A DNA stretch of 64,000 nt from a virus (lineage: Duplodnaviria > Heunggongvirae > Uroviricota > Caudoviricetes), in the IMG/VR virus record IMGVR_UViG_3300031992_000063, positions 22,390 to 86,389 of that record, one strand, 5' to 3'. Every line of letters begins with the position of its first letter. Within the stretch, counting starts at the first letter, position 1. The notes below the pieces were generated by a model. It had not been told where the DNA came from and did not search any database. It worked only from the letters and a program-made list of their open reading frames with translations. Below are positions 38,468-48,225 of this stretch, in pieces. Both the position numbers and the translations under genes were made by a program.

Positions 38468-40426
38468 ATGGACAAAAACTTATATATGTCAAGAAAAGGA
38501 TATACAGGATATTATATACCTTCCCCAAGTGATCCATATGTTTATTTAACTTCTCTAATGAATGATGGAATTAATTTATCTGCTCGTATTGGAAGCTTGT
38601 TTAATGCTCAACTAGGAATTACTAATTCTCCAACCGGAAATGCTTTTAATACAAATATGTTTTAGTCACCATCAAATGCAGAAGAAACAAGTCTTAATTT
38701 TTTAAAAGAAGTTGCAGCATCATAGAGGGCACATGAAATATAGTTTATAGATGCTAGAATTAAAGAATTAAAATCATTAGGGAAAATTGGCTCAGAAGAA
38801 TAGATTATTATTGATGCTTTAGAGGTTATAAAAGATAATCCTAAGAATTTTGATTATAAAACTTTTATTACAGCTTTTAACATGGTCATTACTAATCTTA
38901 ACAAGTATAAATCAAGATTACAAGGATTTAATAAAACTTCTGTTGTTAATACACCTTAGGTAAATTTAGTTTAGTAGCTAGAAACTACTTTAAATGATTT
39001 CTCATCCTATAGAGTAAATTTTACTTTACATCAAGAAGAAATGATTAGACAATTAACATTATTATTTTTATAGCGGCCAGAAGGATAGCAATTTATTGCA
39101 GCGCAAATTGGAAAAAAAGGAGTTAGTAATGTTGCAGCCGCAACCGCTATGATACAACAACAATTAGCTTAGTTTTTATATGATAAAGGCTATTTAAAAT
39201 ATAGTAAAGACGAATATTCATTTGAAAATTTTATAAAAACTATTGACAAATTAAAAACTAAATTTAACGAATTTGAAACAGATACTAATATTAATAGTAT
39301 TTACCAAGACTAGCAATTATTAGATGAAATAATACAAATGTATGGTATCACAGTAACTGATAAAGTAAGAGAATATAAACGTAATGTTTCACAAAAAGCT
39401 AAAAAAGCACTTGATAAAGTTAGAAATCAATTACAAAATGATCCTATTATAAATAAAAATAAATATTTCTAGAATCTATTAAAACATGTACACGTTGCCT
39501 GGAAACCAAATACAAACTTTGATAATAAATTAGCTTTTCATAATGAACTAGTATCTAGCTTAGCATCAGCATTTAATTCGCATAAACATTTAGGTAATCT
39601 AAATTTAGCAACAGATATGCTATTAGGCCATATTGTTATAAATAATGGTATGCCAGATGAACAGGCTAATAATATAGTATAGAATACATTAAATAGCATT
39701 TATGATGATTTATCATCTAATTCTATAGGGCATGATGCAAACAAAATTTCAAAAGAATATTTGGATCAAATGGAATAGCTTAATAATTCATTAGAAGGAT
39801 TATCACACGCATTTGTTTTTCATGAATCTAATAAATCATTTAATACATTGGAGCGAGGAAAATGGCCGCAAGCAAATGGAAAAAATATACTTTTCGGAAG
39901 AAAAAATTTAAATTTATTTAATTATATTAATTCAATTAATAATTTAGGAGCATAGTTAGGAATTAGCACTGATTGGCTAACATTCGCTGCTTATAACTTA
40001 GCAGACAATACTTTAGGCGCAATTAATAAAAATCCTCTTGAATCATACTTTGCGATTTTTGCAGGTATGCTTATGTTTGATGATTTTGCAATTATTGGTC
40101 GAGATATAGCTGAAAATTCTATGTATAATAATGTTACTAACATTCATTTATATAAATTACAGGATACTTATTTTCCAGCTTCTGTTTTTTTAGATGCAAC
40201 TTATCAAGCATTAATGGCTGGCAAAGATGCAATTCAAAGTAATATTTTAAATGGCAATGCTTTTACAGTATCTATTTAGGCTCCTAATGTACCCTATACT
40301 CGTCAGGAAGCACCTCGTCTTAAAGATAGATGGCCAGTTCTACGAGACTTTGCATAGTCACATAATAAAATTAGTATTGAATTTGCTGCAGGCTTTTTAA
40401 CTTTAATGCGTAATATATTACCGTAA
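38468..40426 (+). CDS. Large TAG-rich hypothetical protein (about 652 aa; about 20 in-frame TAG including a TAG-TAG doublet), AT-rich
   Basis: RBS AGGAGT followed by ATG 38468. Frame 2 is open to TAA at 40424-40426 and interrupted only by TAG. The ORF track shows only fragments 38468..38665 and 40067..40279 of this frame. Confidence 0.5.
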
Positions 40427-40489
40427 TAATCTCTATCCCCAAAAGGATAGAGTTTATATATAAAATCTCCCCAAAGGAGGTGAACCTCT

Positions 40490-40933
40490 ATGACCCAAGG
40501 ACAACTTGAACGCGTATTAGATTGGCTCGTACATAATTTCGTGCAAGTTCTTCTAATATTTTCCATTTTCATTCAAATCACTCCGATTAAATGGAATCCA
40601 ATTTCATCATTCGTAAAATGGATTGGTAAACTACTTACACATGATATAAATAAAAAATTAGAGAATGTTGAGGATTCCGTTGAAGAAATTAAAACGGATA
40701 TTGATGCGAATGAAAAAGACAGAATTCGTTGGGAGATTTTAGAGTTCGCAAATTCATGTAGAAATGGAATAAATCACTCACATGATGAGTTTAGGCATAT
40801 TTCCGACCTACATGATAAATATGTGAAACTTCTAAAACGAACCGACGATCAAAATGGCGTATTCAATACAGAATACGAGTGGATACAATCTATTTATAAA
40901 AAGAGACTAGATCAAAACGACTTTCTTAAATAA
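40490..40933 (+). CDS. Membrane-anchored hypothetical protein (147 aa)
   Basis: RBS GGAGGTG. N-terminal TM (LLIFSIFIQI) then coiled coil. Confidence 0.5.
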   Translation: MTQGQLERVLDWLVHNFVQVLLIFSIFIQITPIKWNPISSFVKWIGKLLTHDINKKLENVEDSVEEIKTDIDANEKDRIRWEILEFANSCRNGINHSHDEFRHISDLHDKYVKLLKRTDDQNGVFNTEYEWIQSIYKKRLDQNDFLK

Positions 40934-40962
40934 TTGACTTTTTTCTTAATTTATTATATAAT
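40934..40962 (+). promoter_or_regulatory. Consensus promoter (TTGACT-17-TATAAT)
   Basis: Promoter family member. The upstream gene ends AAATAATTGACT. Confidence 0.55.
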
Positions 40963-40995
40963 AAATTATAACAAAGAACAGGAGAGAAAGTTGTA

Positions 40996-41511
40996 ATGAT
41001 ACAGGAAAAACGTAGTGCTGAACAAATTTCAACCCTAGAAATCTATACAGATGGGTCATGTAAAAGCCTAGGAAATACTCGCTTCGGCGGGTGGAGTTTT
41101 ATCGCATTACGCGGTGGGGTGTTTCTATATAGAGCTTCCGGCTGCGAAGAAGGTACCACAAATCAGCGAATGGAATTAATGGCAATTCGCAATGCTTTAG
41201 AATTCGCGCGGCAAAACCGGCATCCCAACGAACGAACTATTATATATAGTGATTCCGCTTACGCAATTAATTGCTTTGAAAAACATTGGTATGAAACTTG
41301 GCTAAAAAACGGCTGGACTAACGCTAGAGGAGACCCAGTCGCAAATGCCAAGCTTTGGATGGAAATTATTCCATACTTTGACAATTTTTGGTATTATTTT
41401 ACAAAAGTCAAAGCACATGCCAATAATTATTGGAATAATGAGTGCGACCGTCTCGCGCAGCTTGAGGCGCAAACACTTAAAGATAATTTTAGAGGTATAA
41501 ATAATGAATAA
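40996..41511 (+). CDS. rnhA: Ribonuclease H (RNase HI-like, 171 aa)
   Basis: IYTDGSC...GGWSF...NQRMELMA...IYSDSAY...KVKAH...NECDRLA. Confidence 0.75.
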   Translation: MIQEKRSAEQISTLEIYTDGSCKSLGNTRFGGWSFIALRGGVFLYRASGCEEGTTNQRMELMAIRNALEFARQNRHPNERTIIYSDSAYAINCFEKHWYETWLKNGWTNARGDPVANAKLWMEIIPYFDNFWYYFTKVKAHANNYWNNECDRLAQLEAQTLKDNFRGINNE

Positions 41512-41824
41512 AGAAATTTATCAAGTAGAACGAGACGAGTATGCCGGGCTAATTGGAGAAATGAAGACTTCCTGTTTTGATATGGAAAAAGAATATAATG
41601 AAGATAATGTTCATATTAAACTTGTAAGCAAAAAAACAGGTCATATAATCACTGAACGTATCATTGATGCAGAGCAGAATGAAACCTATTATATTTACGA
41701 GCTGCCCGAAAACGATGAACGAATGGCGCCCAAAAAGATTCGGCAATATCATCTTGAAAGCAAAGAAGAAGTACAAGCCTTTTTTGACATCCTTAATAAA
41801 CTTCAAAAGGAGGGTCCTAAATGA
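41504..41824 (+). CDS. Hypothetical protein (106 aa)
   Basis: ORF track entry. Confidence 0.5.
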   Translation: MNKEIYQVERDEYAGLIGEMKTSCFDMEKEYNEDNVHIKLVSKKTGHIITERIIDAEQNETYYIYELPENDERMAPKKIRQYHLESKEEVQAFFDILNKLQKEGPK

Positions 41825-42018
41825 CGGAACTGTTTCCAGATATTAGCGAATAGTTGCGCGCTGATGCTGAAATTGCTTGGCGGCTTGCTTCCTCTTTGCC
41901 GCCTGTAAGCGCAACAAAATTTCTAGAGGCTTATACAGCCTATAATCACACTGAAGAAGAGTAGGATTATTTAAAATTTTATTTTAATATAGAAATGGAG
42001 AAAATAGAAAATGAATAA
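41821..42018 (+). CDS. Small hypothetical protein (65 aa), 2 in-frame TAG
   Basis: ATGA overlap with the upstream stop. Reads through TAG at 41851 and 41962 to TAA and overlaps ATG 42011. Confidence 0.3.
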
Positions 42019-42574
42019 AGTTATTATTATTTCTGGTAAGTCTGGCGCAGGCAAAGACATGATTGGACATTTTATGAAGGAAGAACTTGAGAAGCATCAT
42101 CAGCGAGTACTTGTTATCCATTATGCAGATGCTGTAAAATGGGTACTTCGTGATTACTTTAATTGGGATGGAAAGAAAGATGAGCGCGGGCGCACGCTTC
42201 TCCAGCATATTGGAACTGATGTAGTGCGCGCTAAGTATCCTAATTTCTGGGTAAATATTGTAGCCGATTTGGTTTCAGCTTTTGAAGATGAATTTGATGT
42301 AGCAATTATTCCAGACGCACGCTTTGAAAATGAAGTTCAGATAGTAATGGAAAAATTTCCTTCTCTTACTTGTATTAGAGTAGAACGAACAAATGCGGAT
42401 GGAACGGCTTGGGTAAATCCTGTCTTTACGCCTGAACAGTTAGTTCATCCGAGTGAAACCTCTCTAGATGATTTTTCCTTTAATTATATTGTTCATAATG
42501 AGGCTGGATTGGAAGAACTTAAAGATAGCGCGGTTGCTATTCTTGAAGACCTCAATCTAATTGAAAAGGAGTAA
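42011..42574 (+). CDS. P-loop dNMP kinase-like protein (187 aa)
   Basis: Walker A IIISGKSGAGKD. Confidence 0.5.
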   Translation: MNKVIIISGKSGAGKDMIGHFMKEELEKHHQRVLVIHYADAVKWVLRDYFNWDGKKDERGRTLLQHIGTDVVRAKYPNFWVNIVADLVSAFEDEFDVAIIPDARFENEVQIVMEKFPSLTCIRVERTNADGTAWVNPVFTPEQLVHPSETSLDDFSFNYIVHNEAGLEELKDSAVAILEDLNLIEKE

Positions 42575-42576
42575 TT

Positions 42577-43761
42577 ATGCTACTAAGAGAATTAGACCCA
42601 GAAAAGTACTGGAGTTTTCCTTCAACCTATTCAAAAGAAAAGCGCGAACTTGAACTAAGTAAAATGATTAACTCCGGTTTATATAGTTTTCAGCTCAAAA
42701 CAGACGGGAACTATAGTGCTTTTATCTGTGATTTTGATGGAGATAAGCGTATTATTAGTCGCGGCGTTAGCACTGTTACTAAAGAATTCGGCCGCATTGA
42801 AGATAGACTATTCTTCTTTAATGCGGTTGCTGCCGCATTTGATAAGCCCACACGCATTATGGGTGAAGTATATTATGATAAAGGAATTGACAGAAATGTT
42901 GGTTCTGTATTGCGCGCGAGTCCAATAAAATCAAAGAGCATTCAAGACTCAGAGTTTTATATTGAAGCATCTAAAAATATCAAATTTTCAGCTAAAGATA
43001 AGCGAGATATTGAGAACAATGAGTTTCGCAATCAAAAGCTTAAGTGGCGTATTTTTGATATCTGGTTTTATGATGGGCAGGACTTAATGAATACGCCTTG
43101 GATTGAGCGGCAGAAATATGTTAAGGCTGCCGCGGAGCGCATTAATCATCCTTTGGTAACTTATGTTCATTATTATCCAATGGATGAAAACTTTTATGAT
43201 AAACTTAATATGATATTTTCTGCGGGAGGAGAAGGTGTTGTTTGCTACAAGAATTCTGGATTACCAGAACCAGGTAAGCGAACCGCACATAAGACTCTCA
43301 AAGTGAAGCGAGAACTTGAGAACCTTATTGACTGTGTAATTACAGGCACTGAACCCGCCGCTGAAGATTATAGCGGAAAAGATGTTGGTACATGGATGTA
43401 TTGGCGAGACACCCGTACTGGCGAAAAACTACAGGGACAACTGTTTGGTGATTATCAATCTGGGCGCACGATTAAACCAATTAGCCGTGGTGCGTATATG
43501 GAATGGCCCGGAGCCATCTATGTAAGCGTATATGATAATAATCATCAACTACAACAGTTATGTAAAGTTGCCGGTTTAACGGATGATTTTAAAGAACAAT
43601 TAAAGAATAACTTTAATGAATGGTATTTATGCCCGGTTACTATTGGCGGCATGGCCCTTAGTAATGCGAATGGCTTAAGTATCCGCCACCCTTACTTAAA
43701 ATCAATTCGTAAAGGCGATATTTCCCCTGAAGATTGTACGCTATCAAAAATTATTAACTAA
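42577..43761 (+). CDS. ATP-dependent DNA ligase (394 aa)
   Basis: Motif I KTDGN (KxDG), III MGEVYY, IV EGVVCYK, V LKVK. Confidence 0.6.
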   Translation: MLLRELDPEKYWSFPSTYSKEKRELELSKMINSGLYSFQLKTDGNYSAFICDFDGDKRIISRGVSTVTKEFGRIEDRLFFFNAVAAAFDKPTRIMGEVYYDKGIDRNVGSVLRASPIKSKSIQDSEFYIEASKNIKFSAKDKRDIENNEFRNQKLKWRIFDIWFYDGQDLMNTPWIERQKYVKAAAERINHPLVTYVHYYPMDENFYDKLNMIFSAGGEGVVCYKNSGLPEPGKRTAHKTLKVKRELENLIDCVITGTEPAAEDYSGKDVGTWMYWRDTRTGEKLQGQLFGDYQSGRTIKPISRGAYMEWPGAIYVSVYDNNHQLQQLCKVAGLTDDFKEQLKNNFNEWYLCPVTIGGMALSNANGLSIRHPYLKSIRKGDISPEDCTLSKIIN

Positions 43762-43790
43762 GCATTTTTAAAAAATGCTGAGGAGGACTT

Positions 43791-44396
43791 ATGGATTTAG
43801 AAGAACTATTTGGCTCGGTAGAAAAATATGGTTTTGATCCAGTAATGTATCAGTATTTTCATCAGCTTCTAGATAATAGAACAATTGTTATGAATGAATA
43901 TGTAACTGATGCTACTGTAGAAAAGGTATTCCTTCCAATGCGTGAATTTGAAAAGGACGATTCAAAAGACCCCGTCACGATTATATTAAATTCTTGCGGT
44001 GGCGATGTATCAAATGGTTTCTACCTAGCCCAATATATTTCTCAGTATTCCAAACCATTACATATTATCGTTCCAGGAATTGCCGCAAGTATGGCAGGAA
44101 TTATTCTTGCTGGCGGCGGGAAAAATGAGAATGTAACAAGATATTGTTTCCCAGCGTCATATGTATTACTACATGATGGATATGTCGCTTTGGAGTCTAG
44201 TGAAGCACGAACCGCGGATGACATTATGGATTTTAATAAACGAGTAGATGCTGATATTCGTCAATTTATTATTGACAATACTAACATTAGTGCCGAGTTA
44301 TATGATAAACATGCTCGTCAGCAGTGGTTTATCAAATCAACCGAGATGAAAGAACTTGGACTAATTGATCGCATTTACGGAGTTGATGATAAATGA
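43791..44396 (+). CDS. clpP: ClpP-family serine protease (201 aa)
   Basis: ClpP/S14 core ...ILNSCGGDVSNGFYLAQYI...HIIVPGIAASMAGIILAGG... Confidence 0.65.
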   Translation: MDLEELFGSVEKYGFDPVMYQYFHQLLDNRTIVMNEYVTDATVEKVFLPMREFEKDDSKDPVTIILNSCGGDVSNGFYLAQYISQYSKPLHIIVPGIAASMAGIILAGGGKNENVTRYCFPASYVLLHDGYVALESSEARTADDIMDFNKRVDADIRQFIIDNTNISAELYDKHARQQWFIKSTEMKELGLIDRIYGVDDK

Positions 44397-45631
44397 TTAA
44401 ACATTGGGCAGATACATCTGCTGTTTTACATTGGAACGCGGCTGAAGCTCAGGTAGCTATCAGCCCTTTAACTTTATCTGAATTAGAACATATTAAAACC
44501 AATGATCATGCTTCTTAGGAATTAAAATATAATGCTCGTGAGGCAATTAGGAAAATTGTTAGCGGTGCTTGCTATTCTGTGATTACATCTAATAATCATA
44601 AAATAGATAAGATGCTTAAAAAATATAATTTCCTAAGTGATATCAATGACCATCGTATCCTTTGCGCCGCAGAATTATATGCGGAAGAAAATGGAGAAGA
44701 TGTTATATTCATGACTTGCGATGCCGCTCAATACACATTCGCGCTACAAATGCCTCGTTTAATGGCAGTTTATACAGCCAACGAGAAGCCAAAGGAAGAT
44801 GAATGGTGTGGTTGGGCAAAATACTATCCTGATGATAATGAATTATCAATGTTATACTCTGATCCAAAGATAAATATACTTAAGGCTAAAAATAATGAGT
44901 TTTGCGAAATTTATAAAAACAGTGAATTAAAAGATATCCTATTCTGGACGGGTAATGAATATCGGCCTTTAAAATATAAAGAAATGAAAAATCCATATCT
45001 TAATGAAATTTTAAAACCACGCAATCTAGAATAGAAAATGGCATTTGATTTATTGTAGAATAAAAATATAAGAGTAAAATTATTAACATCTGCTTGGGGT
45101 GGTGGAAAAACTCTTATTGCTTTAACATATGGACTTGAATAGGTTGGAAAAGGTAATTTTAAAAAATTATTATTTATTCGCAATAATATCATAGTTGCTA
45201 ATACTAATGACATAGGTTTTTTGCCAGGAGACTTGCGTGAAAAAATGTCAATTTGGGGAGGTCCTTTAACAGACCATCTAGGTGGGCAGGAAATGCTAGA
45301 TTCTCTTATTGATTCTGGTATAATTGAAATTTTTCCATTATCACATATTAGAGGAAGGTCAATTAAAGATACTATTGTCATTTGCGATGAATGTGAAAAT
45401 ATGGATGATAAATTAGTTACATTACTCATGAGTCGTATTGAGGACGGCAGCGAATTAATTTTTTGCGGAGATGTAGCTCAAATAGACTCTCATAAGTTTG
45501 AACAAAACAATGGAATACGGTCAATGATATGTCATTTAAATGATGACCCTTTATTTGGCATGGTTAAGTTATTAAAATCAGAGCGTGGTCCCGTTGCAGC
45601 ATTGTGTGATAAAATGAGACCACCAGTTTAA
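44393..45631 (+). CDS. PhoH2-like protein (N-terminal PIN domain plus C-terminal PhoH ATPase, about 412 aa) with 4 in-frame TAG
   Basis: ATGA overlap start. ORFs 44579..45034 and 45221..45631 are in frame with the intervening segments through TAG codons. PhoH part GGGKTLIALTYGLE(TAG)VGKG...GFLPGDLREKM...IFCGDVAQIDS. Confidence 0.6.
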
Positions 45632-45634
45632 TAC

Positions 45635-45663
45635 TTGACTTTTTAATATGAATATGATATAAT
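45635..45663 (+). promoter_or_regulatory. Consensus promoter (TTGACT-17-TGaTATAAT)
   Basis: Promoter family member. Confidence 0.55.
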
Positions 45664-45756
45664 TATAAAAAGGGGAAGCGGGAGAGTAATTAACTCCTGA
45701 GATAATGTTGCTCACTCAACAAGCCCTTATTTTAACACTTAGTGAGGAGTGATAAT

Positions 45757-46572
45757 ATGTGGAAAATTTATAAGCACACTTTTCCAAATGGAAAGATTTA
45801 TATAGGACAAACTAAAAAAAGTTTATTAGCACGTTTTCAAAATGGACGAGGATATAAGAGCTGTCCGTTAATGTAGCGAGCAATTGATAAGTATGGATGG
45901 GAAAATGTTACTACTGAATTATTAGAAGATAAAATCCCCACCTTGGAAGCCGCTAATGAAAGGGAATAGTATTATATAGAATTATATGACGCTACAAACC
46001 CAATGATTGGATATAATATTTCTCCAGGTGGAGGAATTCTTTCTATAATAGATTATGACGCTATTTATCAAGAATGGATAAGTCACCCAGAACTTGGAGT
46101 AAAGGCAATAGCCACCAAATTAAATTATGATAGAAATACTATTGCCCGAGCCTTAGATGCCTACGGAGTTGATATTGCTGATAGAATGTCGCGTGTAGCC
46201 TCTTCTATTAGTCAATCATAGCGTAAATATGACCGTACGGCAATTTATAATGCTTGGAAAATTACACCAGATTATAAAACCCTTATGAAACAATTTAATT
46301 GCTCGGTAGATACCATTAGAAGGGCTCTTAAGGAAAATAATGTTTCAGAACAAGAAAGGCGCACTTTTGGCTAGCTTAATCAATAGGGATGCAATCGTAA
46401 AAAAATTAATCAGTATGATCTAAATGGAAACTTTATACAAACTTTCAATAGTATAGCAGAAGCTAACCTTTCATTAGGCAAGCAACCAAATTCTTCTAAT
46501 ATTATAAGCGCATGTAAAGGAAGACGTAAAACTGCCTATGGTTATAAATGGGCTTATTCAGAAAACATTTGA
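45757..46572 (+). CDS. GIY-YIG homing endonuclease, second copy (about 271 aa), with 5 in-frame TAG
   Basis: RBS GAGGAG followed by ATG 45757. KIYKHTFPNGKIYIGQTK...CPLM(TAG)RAIDKYGWE...ERE(TAG)YYIELYDATNPMIGYNISPGG, a C-terminal NUMOD-like DNA-binding region and ...YGYKWAYSENI. Ends TGA at 46570-46572. Confidence 0.7.
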
Positions 46573-46576
46573 CAAG

Positions 46577-46608
46577 TGGGCGCCATTTTGGCGCCCACTT
46601 TTTTATTT
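46577..46608 (+). terminator. Rho-independent terminator
   Basis: AAGTGGGCGCC-ATTTT-GGCGCCCACTT followed by TTTTTATTTG. Confidence 0.65.
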
Positions 46609-46636
46609 GACTTTTTTCTAAATTTAAGGTATAATA
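46608..46636 (+). promoter_or_regulatory. Consensus promoter (TTGACT-17-TATAAT)
   Basis: Promoter family member. Confidence 0.55.
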
Positions 46637-46669
46637 AAAGAAAAAAGGAGAAATATTGGGAGGAATAAT

Positions 46670-46825
46670 ATGAAGGATTTATATGACAAGATGATTGACG
46701 AATATTTTAATCGTCATCCAGATGCCGGACTTGCTTGGTGGATGCTACCATTAGACCAGCAGCCAGAAGACTTTAAGCAGGAGATGTATGACATTCTTTG
46801 GGACTTGACACATAAGGAGGAATAA
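46670..46825 (+). CDS. Small hypothetical protein (51 aa)
   Basis: RBS GGGAGGAATAAT followed by ATG. Ends TAA just before the RBS of ORF 46827. Confidence 0.35.
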   Translation: MKDLYDKMIDEYFNRHPDAGLAWWMLPLDQQPEDFKQEMYDILWDLTHKEE

Positions 46826-46826
46826 T

Positions 46827-47378
46827 ATGAAAATTTATTTAGCCGGCCCTATCTTTACCTATGGCGATTTGCTTCGTAATACTGAATGGGCAAAGAAAAT
46901 TCGTGATGCTATTCCAGATGTTGATTTATATTCTCCCGTGGAAAATACCGATATTAACGGTGTTGAAGGAAAGAAGAAGTTTGCTGGTTCTCAGGAAATT
47001 GCGAATGGCGATAATATTCGCTTAAACGCAACAGATATTCTTATTGCCTGTATAGACGGAGATGTTTTGCCTAGTGGTACTTGCGCCGAAATTGGTAAAT
47101 TTCATGAGAAAATTGAGCGTGGCGACCATAAATATATTGTTGGTATCTGTACAGATAATAGGCAAATGTATTTAACACATAGCGAAGCAAAGGACAAAGG
47201 TGGCGCTGCCGCATTAGGAGAACAGCAATACAGCTATCAAAACTTATATGTAACCGGACTTATCAAACAAGGCGGTATTCTCGTATCAAATATAGAAGAT
47301 GCTATTGCTTTTGTAAAGGAAAAAGAATATGAATTTGATACAACTATGCCTAATGAGTCCGTGTCAGATTGGAGGTAA
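46827..47378 (+). CDS. Nucleoside 2-deoxyribosyltransferase (183 aa)
   Basis: MKIYLAGPIFTYGDL...ILIACIDGDVLPSGTCAEIGKF. Confidence 0.65.
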   Translation: MKIYLAGPIFTYGDLLRNTEWAKKIRDAIPDVDLYSPVENTDINGVEGKKKFAGSQEIANGDNIRLNATDILIACIDGDVLPSGTCAEIGKFHEKIERGDHKYIVGICTDNRQMYLTHSEAKDKGGAAALGEQQYSYQNLYVTGLIKQGGILVSNIEDAIAFVKEKEYEFDTTMPNESVSDWR

Positions 47379-47380
47379 AT

Positions 47381-47770
47381 ATGAATATAAATACGACAGA
47401 TAAAGTTTAGACTGGAGAGTCAACTGCAGGAACTAGTACAAGTACAACTTATACTTACGGTAATCCTTCTTATCGCGCTGAAAAAGGTTGGGAGTGCCCT
47501 CGCTGCGGCCGCATTAATGCACCTTGGGTAAGATAGTGCGATTGTATCAGAAATAATTGGAATGTCACTTGCGATGATACCACTGGTGATGATTGGTGGA
47601 AAAAATATGTAACTTGCACGAGTAACGATACTTTTAAAATTCACCCCTACGAAATAACATATACTACGGCCCATAATCCTATTGTTGGTGGTAGTGATTA
47701 TTGGGATAATACAGAAAAAATATGGTCTAATGTATTAAAAAATGTAAGTAATATAAAGGAAGTTTATTAA
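47381..47770 (+). CDS. Zinc-ribbon protein (about 129 aa), 2 in-frame TAG
   Basis: RBS GGAGGT followed by ATG. GWECPRCGRINAPWVR(TAG)CDC. Ends TAA 2 nt before ATG 47773. Confidence 0.4.
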
Positions 47771-47772
47771 AT

Positions 47773-48219
47773 ATGAACGATATTATTCATTTACAATTAA
47801 ACAACTGGTTTTCTGGGCGCGATTATCCATCAGAAGAACCGTTCATTTATTGGATTTCAAATAATAAATTCTGCGATGATGAATGGTGTAAGGAAAATCA
47901 GCTCTGCGTAAATGCCGCATACCTTGATGCTTCAATTAACTGGTGTATTGCGGCACCGCGTGCTTGGGTAGAAGAACATTGTCCTATTATTCTATCTGAA
48001 GGTAATTTTACTTATTTTACACAGCAATCTTATTGGAATGATGAAATAGATAAAGCAGAATGGAAAACAATCCAGCATGTTAAGTGGTATTCTGAATTTA
48101 TCGTACGCGGAAATGAAGGACGGTGGGGTACTCACTTTCCAGAATATAAAGAAGAAAATTATGGTGTTCATTGGGAAGTAGAAGATGAAGATGGACATTA
48201 TTATGTAGAAGGAGACTAA
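47773..48219 (+). CDS. Hypothetical protein (148 aa)
   Basis: ORF track entry. Confidence 0.5.
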   Translation: MNDIIHLQLNNWFSGRDYPSEEPFIYWISNNKFCDDEWCKENQLCVNAAYLDASINWCIAAPRAWVEEHCPIILSEGNFTYFTQQSYWNDEIDKAEWKTIQHVKWYSEFIVRGNEGRWGTHFPEYKEENYGVHWEVEDEDGHYYVEGD

Positions 48220-48225
48220 TTTATT

